A stretch of DNA of 63,469 nucleotides, the filler included, from Collodictyon triciliatum (Eukaryota), in assembly GCA_043381765.1 (NCBI GenBank). It is 33 parts of 33 records of this genome, joined end to end, with 100 filler letters (N's around TTAATTAATTAA, not from the genome) between each part and the next. Parts side by side here need not be neighbours in the genome. Positions count along the whole stretch, not along the records: positions 25,102 to 26,929 come from JBHJMP010010119.1; positions 27,030 to 28,844 come from JBHJMP010010120.1; positions 28,945 to 30,771 come from JBHJMP010010121.1; positions 30,872 to 32,698 come from JBHJMP010010122.1; positions 32,799 to 34,624 come from JBHJMP010010123.1; positions 34,725 to 36,550 come from JBHJMP010010124.1; positions 36,651 to 38,475 come from JBHJMP010010125.1; positions 38,576 to 40,400 come from JBHJMP010010126.1; 25 more parts are not named here. One strand, written 5' to 3'. Positions 26,646 to 38,696 of this stretch are shown here, one piece after another. The notes beneath the pieces are model-generated. The model did no database searches, had not been told where the DNA came from, and worked only from the letters and a program-made list of their open reading frames with translations. Position 1 is the first letter of the stretch. Each line of letters begins with the position of its first letter. The position numbers and the translations under genes were made by a program.

Positions 26646-28972
26646 TTGGTATAAATGAAAGCTTAGTTCGTCGGCTGCCTTCAGTTTCCGGCTGATGGAG
26701 TAGCTGGAGGATTTCTTCTTACTGACCCATTGCGCCGAGAAGAGAATGAATAGGTGCATCAGCAAAAATAAATAGGTAAATTAATTGATTGAATATGAAG
26801 ATATTCTTTCATACCTAGTCAAATCACTTAAGAGAAAAAAGAAAAAGAAAAAGAAAAAGAAAAAGAAAAAGAAAAAGAAAAAGAAAAAGAAAAAGAAAAA
26901 GAAAAAGAAAAAGAAAAAGAAAAAGAAAANNNNNNNNNNNNNNNNNNNNNNNNNNNNNNNNNNNNNNNNNNNNTTAATTAATTAANNNNNNNNNNNNNNN
27001 NNNNNNNNNNNNNNNNNNNNNNNNNNNNNGACTATGACTATGACTATGACTATGACTATGACTATGACTATGACTATGACTATGACTATGACTATGACTA
27101 TGACTATGACTATGACTATGACTATGACTATGACTATGACTATGACTATGTTTATCATCACCATTACCATCACCATCACCATCACCATCATAAAAGAGCA
27201 CTTAAAACTCATCAAACCGCAATCAAAACCACGCCAGGCCCCCGAGCCTGACTCTTCAGCAAAGAAAGGGAAGCCGACACCCAAAACAGCAGGAAAGGGA
27301 GCCGGAAGCAGTAGCGGAGGGAGAAAGTGAGCTTTGCCAAGCGGCTTTGATGAGAGTGATGGTGATGTTTACCGCACAGAATGATGAAAACCACATACAA
27401 ACACGCTCAAAGAGGAATCCACAACGAAGGGAAGTACTAGTGTTTGTATTGTCGTTACACGACACTGTCTACTTTTCCTTTCCTTTCCTTTCCTTTCCCA
27501 GTCTTGCAAATAATAACAATAATGAACGCAACAAATTGGATACCAGAGTGAAATAGCAAGTTAAATCCGTGAAAGCCAAAATCTAAAAATCCTTCCTTCC
27601 CGTGTGTCGGATGAAGGAAACAAAAAATCCATGAAAGCCAGTTGTTTCAGACAACAGAAAATATATAGTTTGATAGAGTTTATGGTGGGCAGCAAGGCGA
27701 GTGTGCTTGGAGTTGTCAATCATCTTTCGCACAGGCAGTCCAGCGAGGGCGGGAGGAATAAGAGAGGAAGGAATAAGAGAGAAAGGAATAAGAGAGAAAG
27801 GAATAAGAGAGAAAGGAATAAGAGAGAAAGGAATAAGAGAGAAAGGAATAAGAGAGAAAGGAATAAGAGAGGGGAAGATGGAAGAAAGAGGGTTGGAAGG
27901 AAAAAAGGGGTCATTCTCTTTTTAAGGTAGCGGAAGAAAAAACAAAGATAAAAAAAAACAACATGAGAGCATCAGAAAATCAGGAACGAAAAAAGAAAAC
28001 AAAAACAAAAAACACAGAAGCGAGAGAAAGAAAAAGTGTATCGTAGCTAAGAGTCAGCCTGGGCCGGGGAATGAGACCGAGACGCCACCAAATCCTGGCC
28101 TTTGAGTCGCATCAGCTTCACCCGAGCAATCTCTGCTTTCAACTGGAAGTACTTTTCAAAAGCCGAGTCGGGCCCCAAAGCCACGTCGATTTTAGCTGAT
28201 ATTTCCTAGCATCGGATTGATTAGTCGATTGGGTGAATCGGATTCGGCAGAGAAAAGAGGGCAGTTTGCTCATTCTAAAAAAAACAACGAAATGAAGAGA
28301 TACTTAAGAGAGATAACGGAGTGAAAACACGGATACGAAAGAGCACAAAAAGAGACAACAAACACCAAGTAAGAAAAGGGAGAAAAAACAAAGGAAATGA
28401 ATAATAATGATGAACTCATAAAAACCTTAAGGGTCTCCACGATAGAGTCCTCGACAGGGCGCTTCTTTGAGGAGGCCGAGTTTTGTTTGAGAGGTTGTTT
28501 GTGTTCGTACGGAAGAGTGAGTGGTTGCGTATGTATGCGTGAGTGCGAATTCGGGCTCAAGTTCGATAGTGTGTTTGTGTTTGAGTTTGAGTTTGAGTTT
28601 GTGAGGGGGCGGGAAAGTATGTGGCTCTGGGCGAGGGAGACAGACGCAGATGCCGAGTGGGATGTGTGGATGCTGTGCGACAAATCGTGCGGCAGGGAGA
28701 ATTCGGGACAGCTGTTTTCGTGAGAGTTGGAGAGGGGAGGGTGAGGAAAAGAGAAGAAAAGAGAAGAAAAGAGAAGAAAAGAGAAGAAAAGAGAAGAAAA
28801 GAGAAGAAAAGAGAAGAAAAGAGAAGAAAAGAGAAGAAAAGAGANNNNNNNNNNNNNNNNNNNNNNNNNNNNNNNNNNNNNNNNNNNNTTAATTAATTAA
28901 NNNNNNNNNNNNNNNNNNNNNNNNNNNNNNNNNNNNNNNNNNNNTTTTGTTGGTTTTTTTGTTGTTGTTTTT

Positions 28973-29031
<59 letters not shown>

Positions 29032-29629
29032 TGTGTCTGAAAGTGTCGGTGCAGTAAATTCGGTCCTGTGTTTTTCGATTTTTGCGGTTCTTGTTTACCT
29101 CCTGACAAATTTGGTAATTTTGTGGAGAGGAGCTGGGGCTTGACCTTTGACAAGTGGGGCTGGTCGTCTGTCAGGGATGTAAGAAAGCTGGGGAACTGTA
29201 AGAATGGTTGGGATATACCAGAATATATTGGCTGGTGAGTTGGGGGCCTGATTTTGCTGGGTGGTCGACAACGAGAGTTCAGAACTGCTGCTCAGGGGAC
29301 TTGTAGACGGTTTAGGGACAACCTTTTGAGAAAATGGTGTATATAAGATTTATATTCTAATTTATTTATTTATTTATTTTCAGTTGAAAGAACTTCTTGC
29401 TTGTGAATTGAAACGGCGAAAGATTTTTAAACCTTCTCAGTACAAACCTCTGAGAAATAGTTTCCATACAGACCAGAATTCTTCAGAATATCACCAGCTG
29501 TTGTCTATGTTTCATGGATGGTAAGATATCGGTATTTTGTTATGTGAGGTGACAAGTAGAAGATATTCAATAAAATTTTATATCTTTTTCTTCAATTTGA
29601 TATCTATCAGTTTTATATAATTTGTGAAA

Positions 29630-30525
29630 TTTTACACACTTGAAGATTTGTTATAAAGGTGTTGAGTTTGCAAAATGTCTCCATCATGCCATGCTTGGTA
29701 TCAAAAATTCCCAAATAATCGAGTAATGACTGATACTTCTTGGAGATTTCAACTTGTTGAACATCGAATTCCTCTTTGGTCGATGCCAAGTATTTTTCGT
29801 GAATCTGAGTCCCGTAATTAAATAAGTTAGACCTTCCCCAGTAGAACACAATAATTTAGGAATGAAATGTGATAAATATATAATACCTCCAAGTTTCGGA
29901 GTAGAATCTCCATTTCCCCATTTTGAATATCTTGGCTTAAAGTTTTCCGCAGGGATGAAATGGCCTTCATACCCTTATCAAATTCATTAAGTGTATCCTC
30001 CAATCGATCTTTGTATGTCTCCTGTCCGCCAGTCTCCATCGAAATATCTTGAAGAATGTTAGCCGTTGGAGATAAGTGATATAAATCCATGGTGAGATTT
30101 AAAGGACCTTTCATGCCAATTACACAAATATATTGGGGATATAAAGAACTGACTGGCCATGACTATTTGTAGGGAGGGCATATCTTTCTTAAAATCGACG
30201 ACACTACTAAAGTGTTTCATGTACAGTATGATGGCCTTGGACATATTGAATGATGAGGCCGATATTTCATTGACCTTGATTTATGACATTATTCAAGAAG
30301 TACTGTTAGACAGCGTCAAACTTTTCATACTTTAATTATGAGTGGGAGATATTACTAAACATATATGATAAGGTTAATTTTCCTTGACATCCCTCGAGTT
30401 CATTAGACTGTAAACAATGGCTTTTATGGATCAATTCAAACCTTTGTGAGAGAATTGAGGTCTAAGCTGTGCTTTGCCTTATTTTTTTGCTGCAGGTAGT
30501 TCACATGCGCCAATACGACCTTAAA
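29630..30525 (-). CDS. Divergent formin FH2-domain C-terminal fragment, multi-exon
   Basis: KVVLAHVNYLQQ...LDLNSLTK (like the GNYMN...LSSL.KL motif), LNLTMDLYHLSPTANI, KYQSLLDYLG...METFCKLNTFITNL. Confidence 0.5.
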
Positions 30526-30871
30526 GAGATTGAAATAAATAGAAACCCTTCTCAATTATGTTGACTCTGAATCATTCCAGAATTTGGATAGATTTTAGTG
30601 CCGAATTTGTTCGCTCTTAACTTTAATTATATATATATATATTATCTCTGATTTTCCTCCTTTTTTTGGTTTTGGTTATGGTTATGGTTATGGTTATGGT
30701 TATGGTTATGGTTATGGTTATGGTTATGGTTATGGTTATGGTTATGGTTATGGTTATGGTTATGGTTATGGNNNNNNNNNNNNNNNNNNNNNNNNNNNNN
30801 NNNNNNNNNNNNNNNTTAATTAATTAANNNNNNNNNNNNNNNNNNNNNNNNNNNNNNNNNNNNNNNNNNNN

Positions 30872-30965
30872 CAATTTTTTCTGTTGTAAATTTAATTCCT
30901 AGGTCACGATAATTAGTTATTGTAAAAACATAATCTCCAGTCTCGAATTCTTGAACACTTGTCAT
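30872..30965 (-). CDS. Start of an unidentified ORF on the viral contig (MTSVQEFETGDYVFTITNYRDLGIKFTTEKI...), running into the gap
   Basis: ATG at 30965, open to the contig end, same strand as the upstream capsid gene. Confidence 0.4.
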
Positions 30966-31037
30966 TTTGCAGGGGTTTTTAATATTATTATCTATACAAT
31001 TGTTTTTAAGTAGGTAATTACAAAAGTATTATTTAAA

Positions 31038-31242
31038 TTCACACCTTCACACAATCACACCATTGCAAAAGGTCCGTTGTAGGTTGGGCCTGAAATTTTA
31101 TTTTTATTTTTTTATTTTTTATATATTAACTTCAAAAAATGGTGTGAATGGTGTGAATGGTGTGAATGGTGTGATTTTAAAGTAAAAACCATAGCAAATA
31201 TTATAGTAACCGACAATAACAAACCACACCATTCACACCATT
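31038..31242. repeat. Iteron-like 9-bp repeat cluster in both orientations downstream of the capsid gene
   Basis: TGGTGTGAA x3 plus TGGTGTGA at 31140-31174; reverse-complement copies at 31038-31064 (three, imperfect) and 31225-31242 (two); AT-rich spacers. Confidence 0.8.
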
Positions 31243-31427
31243 TTTTTTTATAAAAAAATTAAACAGAATGAAGCAAATCCTTTTCACTTTTAAATTCGAC
31301 GGTACCCCCGCAACACGAACTCCGTTTCAAATGATCGACGGTATATTTCCACACACGCTCTATAACTAACACACAAGTCATAAGTAATGATATTATCGTA
31401 ATAGGTTCCATTACTTATATAAATATT

Positions 31428-32698
31428 TTATTCTACTCTGAAAGTCTGTTGGTTGGATTGAATTTCAAGGACGGCATCGTACAAACTTGCAATAATAACC
31501 TGGTAGTCCTTTCCAACAGCACCACTAAACTCTAGCCGCAAACTCATCAAGCCGCTGCCGGATGACTGGATGTCTGATCCGACGATCTCCCCCTCAACTG
31601 CATCGAGGACTTTGCGCAGATTGAAGCCAAGCATGAATTCAGAACATCCTTGTGCGGCTTCACGTAAACAACGAATTACATTCGTAGCGTCAGCATCAGC
31701 AAGAGCATTACCTGCTCCATCTTGATAGCTGTTGTAATTAGTATTTTCAAATCTAACAGCATCAGTTCCATATACTGCGCTAATAGGAACACCATTTTCA
31801 GTTCTAGCTGTTATTTCACAACTACTTGTTAAATTAAAAGTAGTTCCATATTTTGGTCCTCTGAATTCAGTTCCATCAAATCCAAACGGCCCAGTGTATT
31901 CCCCACGAACAAAAGTAAGACCTAGTGCCTTTTGTAATTCAATAAATACCTGACTTGCATCATTTTCACAATCCATAGGTTGAAGAGGGTAATAAAATGA
32001 GCCCAGTTGTAGCTGGGCAGTTTTGAGGTTTGTTGGAAAATGTTTTCTGTCACGGCCTGCTACTGTAAATTTATTTTGCTCGGCACTGTCGAAAAAAGCA
32101 ACATAAACAGCGTTTAATGACTTTACTGTATCATTAATATTATACACAATATTTGAAGTTGTTGTCGCTGGCAATGAGTAAAGTGAAGTCCTCCACGTCT
32201 TATAGGGAATTTGCAGGGGAATTCCTCTTTGAATACTTGACTGCAATTGTTGGTGATATTCAGGAGCCATTCTCACCAAATCATAAGACATATAACAATT
32301 AGATAAAACATATGAAGCTGTAGCGTCTGGAAGTCCAATAACAAGTCTTGAGTTAGTTGCTTCAACATCACTATGATAAGCTTGCATACACTGAGATGCT
32401 GGTGCGAGCTCTATTTCAATCTGAAAGGCAGTAACACTATCGATTAAACTTGTAGAAATCAAACCCGAATACTGACTTATACCAGATAATCGCAAAGGAA
32501 TACAATAATTTTTCTTTTTTAATGGTGAATTCAACGTTTGTTCTGATCTATGGTACCGAATTCTTTCATATGCAGAACCAATACCCATCGTAGCTTTGCC
32601 TACTGTATTATTAAAATCATCTGAAACATAATTCATAAACATAGAGTCCAAATAATTATATCTTTGTATATCTTCGAGTAAAAAGGACGTTCCCTTTC
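31428..32698 (-). CDS. Polinton-like-virus major capsid protein (double jelly-roll), paralogue A, 5' truncated
   Basis: Intron-less and open to the gap (LLEDIQRYNYLDSMF...); colinear motifs with 34746-36524 such as IPLRLSG...IEIELAPASQC, YVLSNC, LQIPYKTW, SLNAVY, QLQLGSFYYPLQPM, ELQKALG, FMLGFNL, YDAVLEI. Confidence 0.8.
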
Positions 32699-32929
32699 NN
32701 NNNNNNNNNNNNNNNNNNNNNNNNNNNNNNNNNNNNNNNNNNTTAATTAATTAANNNNNNNNNNNNNNNNNNNNNNNNNNNNNNNNNNNNNNNNNNNNAA
32801 ACAAACAAACAAACAAACAAACAAACAAACAAACAAACAAACAAACAAACAAACAAACAAACAAACAAACAAATAAATAAACAAACAAACAAACAAATAA
32901 ACAAGTAAATAAAAGCGATGGAAATCTAC

Positions 32930-34372
32930 CCAACCAGCACACTTGCAAATTTCAATAAAGTTTCTTCCGAGGGAACTCCGAGCTTTCATCATCGTTGTGA
33001 CGCTTCCACGCCCTCCTATGTACTAGTCAAATATTTCAGCCAAATGTATTGACGAATATTGTTGTTTGTTCGCTGGAATTCTTCAATATATAATTGGATG
33101 TATTGTTTCGAGTTGTTTGATTATTTTTTTTTAAAAAAAAAACAACAAATAATATCATCACGGAGGTAGGACAGGTTGGACAATTACATCAGCATGGTAT
33201 TTTGCATTTATCCATGCCAGTGCAGATAGCAGATAGGGGCGGTGGGGAAAAGAAACAACTAATTACAACTGTCGAGAAAAAAAACGAGTGTGTAAATTTA
33301 ACATTTAGAATGTAAGAACCTCATTTGTATGGGCCAGAATAGTCTCGCCAGGAGCAATCCATATGATTCTCTCGTTCGGAGAAATATTGTCCAGCTTAAT
33401 ACCTGTAGGAATGCAATAGGGGAGGAGCAAGTTAAAACAAAGTAAATTAGATGGCTAGGTTCGAGTAAAATTAGTGGATTGATTAGACTCATGAACTCTT
33501 GGCTGAAGCAGACAAGTCGAACAAGAAATGCTACCTGTCCTTTTAGACCAGTCAGCGCTTAGTTCTGCCTCCTGAGGATTGCCCCAGACTCGCCTCACCA
33601 TTTCTTCACTATAGGGATTATATATTCCCTTGTTTTTTTTTTTAAAAAAAAAGGGAATATCAACATATGTGAAACGGAATAGGATTACTTGGAAAAACGA
33701 TAATGATAATGATAATGATAATGGTAATGATAATGATAATAGTAATGGTAATGATAATGATAATGGTAATGGTAATGATAATGATAAAAGGATTAATAGG
33801 AAAATCATGATGATAAAGGCAATTAAATAATAGAGAATAACAACATTCAATTGATATTTCATGTTCAAGAATAGATATTGGCATGTATTTTCACGATATA
33901 TGGTATAATAAGAAAGATGTGAATCCATCCCAGCACATCCTTTGAGAGCGACGAATCATTATTGGCTGCTAACTGAAAAGCTCAAAAAATCTTGAAACAA
34001 TTTTTACTCACAAGACCTGGCTCGGGAGTGCTTTCTCGGTAGAAAAATGGACCCAGTGTTACATCGTACGACGACGTGCTGAGGTGTTCTCTCGAAAAAG
34101 GCTCGATTACAACTTTGCCTGTACCCCAGTAATGATTAATACTTGGGGATAGACTCATAACAAATCACGCTACAGTGTGCTATTCTTTTACTTCATCCAT
34201 CAGAAAAGGGCATGTCCTTTGACATTCTGCCTACTCAGAAGTCCCCATAGGCAAATAAAGAAGGAAAAAACTACTTAAATTCTTGGTTTCATGGCAGTGT
34301 ACCTTGTTCCATGGAGCGAAGGATTCCTTTGTCACTCAGCAACGAAAAATGAGGTTCAGCTTCTTGGGCCAT
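32930..34372 (-). CDS. dcd: dCTP deaminase (trimeric dUTPase-like family), 3' end missing; exons ~34372-34303, 34118-34012, 33628-33535, 33402-33320, 33022-32930
   Basis: Spliced translation FSLLSDKGILRSMEQGKVVIEPFSREHLSTSSYDVTLG...IWIAPGETILAHTNEYIGGRGSVTTMMKARSSLGRNFIEICKCAGW contains LSD..I, SYDVTLG, PGE..LA.T.E and ARSSLGR motifs. Confidence 0.85.
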
Positions 34373-34745
34373 TATTTGTCTCTTTTTCCCCTCGCTTCGT
34401 GATTAATGTGTAGACGCGTGCCCAAAATGATTGGATGTAAGTCCAACAAAATAGCTCATCACCAGAAAAAAAAGAACGGAAAAGTACATGAATTTGATTC
34501 AGTCATTTTTTTTTGTTTTTTGTTTTTTTGTTTTGTTTTTGTTTTGTTTTGTTTTGTTTTGTTTTGTTTTGTTTTGTTTTGTTTTGTTTTGTTTTGTTTT
34601 GTTTTGTTTTGTTTTGTTTTGTTTNNNNNNNNNNNNNNNNNNNNNNNNNNNNNNNNNNNNNNNNNNNNTTAATTAATTAANNNNNNNNNNNNNNNNNNNN
34701 NNNNNNNNNNNNNNNNNNNNNNNNTTTTGTTAATGAAAAAATAAT

Positions 34746-36524
34746 TTAGTAAAGTACCTGGGCATTGTCTTTGCCAATATCCAACACACGAGTGTGCTCG
34801 ATGATGACCCAGCAGGTATAGTTATCAACTGGTGCTACATTTGAAAGTGCTGCTGCAGCTGATTTTGCACTTGTATTTATTCCTCCTGCTGTAACACGAT
34901 GAGCTTCTGGGCAAGAATTTCCAAACTGAAGTCCGACCTGGACGATACCACTGTTGCTTGACGCATTATAACCACTGAGCTCAAACTCGTCACTATAATC
35001 TGATCGGGTCATACTCCAACCTAATGCGAAATATGTGGGAGTTTTCCAATAGATCTCTTCACATTCTAATGGTGAAGCTCCAAAATTGGCTGGCATTCTA
35101 TTGGAATCATTAGCGGCGGCAACCGCAGCAGTTTGAAACATGTTTGCCATTACTGCTTTATTCTGAGCATAATATATTCCAGCACCTGATACAGGGCAAA
35201 CTGTAGGTACATCAGCGCCAGTTACTATTACATTTCTTCCACAAAGTTGTCCAAAATTCACCTGACCAAGCATTTCAGCACTTGTGTTATATCCCAGCGC
35301 TTTCATTAAATAATTAAGTGCCTCAGGTTGTTGGCACCCTGCTTGTCCATGAAGTCCAGATGTTAAATATCCAGTTGCAGGAGCAGCAACACCTGATAAA
35401 CTTGCATTAGTATCTGGATAAGTTAAATAATTTGGACCATTTAACAAAATTGGGACACTTGGCAGTACTTTGCCATTTACTGTAAGTCTAGCTTGTGCAA
35501 GTCCCTCAATGGCGTGCATTCGGTCAGTACCAAGATAAGATAATGTGCCTTGCTCACAATTTCTAGTAAATATACAATATATAGCGTTAATGTTTGAGTA
35601 CTGAATTGATATATTTTGTGTAATCCACCCAGATGAATTTTTTGGAATAGGAAATTGCGTCATAAAATAAGTCTCAATTGGAATCTGCAAATTGTTGGAA
35701 ACCAAGTATTGGGAAAGAGCATTATTATAACTAGGTTCTGTTTGAATATAATTAATATTCATTCGTATATTTGAAAGTGTATAATTCAGAGTTGTTGCAG
35801 TAATACCAGTAAAAGCAAAATAGTTTCTTACAGTGTTTGCTGCAACGCTAACTGATCCATGTGTAAAACACTCACTAGCTGGTGCCAACCAAATACGAAT
35901 TTCAAGAGAATTGGGACCCAGTAAGTAAGCAGGAAGCAATGTTTTAATATTCATCAACCCCAAGTAACGAAGTGGAAATCCTATTTGAATAGTGTTTGAT
36001 TGAGTTGCATTATTAGCAAGTCCACTTAACAATAATTTGGATTTTTCTAAAATAGATTGACCCAACCCCATTCCTCCTGACATAAGATTGACCCAATTCT
36101 GATTATTACACCAGTTATGTTTAAAAGTCTCAAGGTAACTGTAATTATCTATACGCTCAAGCTCACTGCCATTGAGATAGACGGCAATACGATAAATAAA
36201 ACTTTCATAACTCTCACAGGGAGCAAGAATTGGAAGTTCAACACCCGCATCTATATCTATTTGTGTTCTTTTAAGATTATTATATGAGTCTTCATTAGAC
36301 AACCCCTTAACAGTCAAATCCGCTATGATATGGGCTGAGTCCATTTGAATAGACCACTCGTTGTCTATAGGCACACGAAACACGATCTGCGGCCCTGACG
36401 AAAAATTGGCAGTCTGCTCAGTTCCATTACTGGGTAAAACCTGTCTTTGTTGTTTTTCAAGGATAGTTTTTTTCTTGGATGAAATATTTCTGAATTGCAG
36501 TTCTTCGGGTAGTGAGTCCATCAT
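34746..36524 (-). CDS. Polinton-like-virus major capsid protein (double jelly-roll), paralogue B, complete 592 aa
   Basis: Intron-less ORF filling the contig; N-terminal SLPEELQF...VLPSNG...FSSGPQIVFRVP...MDSAHIIADL, FIYRIAVYLNGSELERIDNYSYL, LTVNGKVLPSVPI, C-terminal EHTRVLDI; typical PLV MCP layout. Confidence 0.85.
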   Translation of the reverse strand: MMDSLPEELQFRNISSKKKTILEKQQRQVLPSNGTEQTANFSSGPQIVFRVPIDNEWSIQMDSAHIIADLTVKGLSNEDSYNNLKRTQIDIDAGVELPILAPCESYESFIYRIAVYLNGSELERIDNYSYLETFKHNWCNNQNWVNLMSGGMGLGQSILEKSKLLLSGLANNATQSNTIQIGFPLRYLGLMNIKTLLPAYLLGPNSLEIRIWLAPASECFTHGSVSVAANTVRNYFAFTGITATTLNYTLSNIRMNINYIQTEPSYNNALSQYLVSNNLQIPIETYFMTQFPIPKNSSGWITQNISIQYSNINAIYCIFTRNCEQGTLSYLGTDRMHAIEGLAQARLTVNGKVLPSVPILLNGPNYLTYPDTNASLSGVAAPATGYLTSGLHGQAGCQQPEALNYLMKALGYNTSAEMLGQVNFGQLCGRNVIVTGADVPTVCPVSGAGIYYAQNKAVMANMFQTAAVAAANDSNRMPANFGASPLECEEIYWKTPTYFALGWSMTRSDYSDEFELSGYNASSNSGIVQVGLQFGNSCPEAHRVTAGGINTSAKSAAAALSNVAPVDNYTCWVIIEHTRVLDIGKDNAQVLY

Positions 36525-38296
36525 ATTTTTAAAAAGAAAATAATTTTCACNNNNNNNNNNNNNNNNNNNNNNNNNNNNNNNNNNNNNNNNNNNNTTAATT
36601 AATTAANNNNNNNNNNNNNNNNNNNNNNNNNNNNNNNNNNNNNNNNNNNNTATTTGTTTTTATTTGTTTTTATTTGTTTTTATTTGTTTTTATTTGTTTT
36701 TATTTGTTTTTATTTGTTTTTATTTGTTTTTATTTGTTTTTATTTGTTTATTTGTTTATTTGTTTATTTGTTTATTTATTCGCTCAGGATTTTTTTCCTA
36801 TTTTTTCGTTCAGGATATAAATGAACTCTCCAACGGAGCAGGATCGCGACAAGGATCGCGCCTCGAGTTCGGCACCCGTGAGAGAAATGCCGCTCTTTGG
36901 TGGCCTGCAAGAAAGCAGCGACGATCAGGACGAGGACCCTGGAAACATTGACGGAAATGAAAGCAGCAGCAACAGTGATAGCGGCAGCGAGGACGTAAAA
37001 GATTGCGATAATCCCAAGCCCCGCGATCACGCAACAGACTCGTCAACTGTTTTCAACCCAGACTGCGTCCCTCAAACACGCCCCCACAACACAGGTCTGC
37101 TTCGATGGTGTGGATTTAGCGGATGGAATGATATAACCACAGAAATCGACATTACAAGACAACATAAAAGTATCAGCACATGGCCACGTATTTTCTGTCT
37201 TGCTGAACAATCTAACCTCTGACTAACATACACCACAAAAACAAAACAAAAAAAAAAAGGTAACGACTCAGTATTCCAAGATGACACCCAGCAGTATAAA
37301 AGAGGGGAAACCCCACTCGCGGGCATCCAGTCGGCTGGTCACCCACAACCAGATGGTGTAATGGACGATTCACATGCTTTGGACGTTCAGCTACCAAGAG
37401 TGCTTTCTCCGCGCGACCAGATTAGCCTAGACTCAAGCCAAGGTTAAGGCTCTTCTGTATACATCCTCGTGTAACGAAATACGATTTAACATTAACACAT
37501 TGCAAAAAAAAAAAAAAGTTGATAGTTATTTGAAAAAATACTGGTTTAGTAGAAAGTGGATATCGTAATTTAGATATGTAGTCATTTATTTATTTCAATG
37601 AAAATGAACAGCAAGAAGACAGCCCATCCATCTTTTATCTTACACATAATGAATAGAATTGCTTTGTCGTTTTTAAAATAATTCCGTGCTGAAAATCTAC
37701 CCGCTCGCATATATACCAAACTTTGTTTATCTATCTATGAATATACATCGGCCGCATTAACTCCACATTGGTTTTTCACATGGATGTATTTCTTTTTAAT
37801 CATTCTCCAAAATTTATGGTAAGCTCTATTTTTTAAGTTTTTCTGTCATCAAATGCTCTCGAATGTAGGCATTTATAATGTACAAATGAATCATGTCAAA
37901 AAAAAAACTTAGGAACCTATCGAAAATGTTTTACAATTCTCGGGACGGATTTGTGTATAAATACAGGGTTCCTCAACCACCCTTTTGCGTGTGAATATCC
38001 CATCAGCGACCCAAAGTAATCATTCTCTGATATGTTCATTGTTTATCTATTATCTTGTTAAAAAAGTATTGTTTTGTCCTTTGCCCAAAATCGTTTGGGT
38101 GTATTTTATTCTGTCATTGTCATTATACGTAAAGGGTTATTCTCTTAAATTTAAAATATGGCGCAGGGAGAGCCTAGCAATCGCAAAGCGTTGTATGAAT
38201 CCGGTTCCGAAGAGTGATATAAGGTTTGTTGACATATTGATAATTAATTTCATCGAATATTTTGTTGTTTTATATTTTGTATTATGTTTTTCGTTT

Positions 38297-38381
<85 letters not shown>

Positions 38382-38575
38382 ATTGTTGTTGTCGTTTGTC
38401 GTTTGTCGTTTGTCGTTTTTTGTTTTATATTTTTTTATTGTTTTTTTTAAGAAAAAAAATTATTTTTTATTATATNNNNNNNNNNNNNNNNNNNNNNNNN
38501 NNNNNNNNNNNNNNNNNNNTTAATTAATTAANNNNNNNNNNNNNNNNNNNNNNNNNNNNNNNNNNNNNNNNNNNN

Positions 38576-38696
38576 ATCCAAATGAGATCATCCACACCAA
38601 CGAACACCCCAGAAATGTCTCAATATCAGAGCTATCGCGTTGCCAATCAGGTCTCAGTGGGTGAGACAACCCCACGGTTTGCGCATATGAATGCCA
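38576..38696 (+). repeat. 121-bp exact duplicate of 40280-40400 (overlap in a mis-ordered two-piece scaffold)
   Basis: ATCCAAATGAGATCATCC...CATATGAATGCCA is at both ends of the contig, which has an internal ~195-N gap. Confidence 0.9.

Noticed and set aside
21245-36550. A single locus linking the Fanzor with the viral capsid genes
   Set aside because: They are on separate contigs ordered by length, so proximity carries no information.
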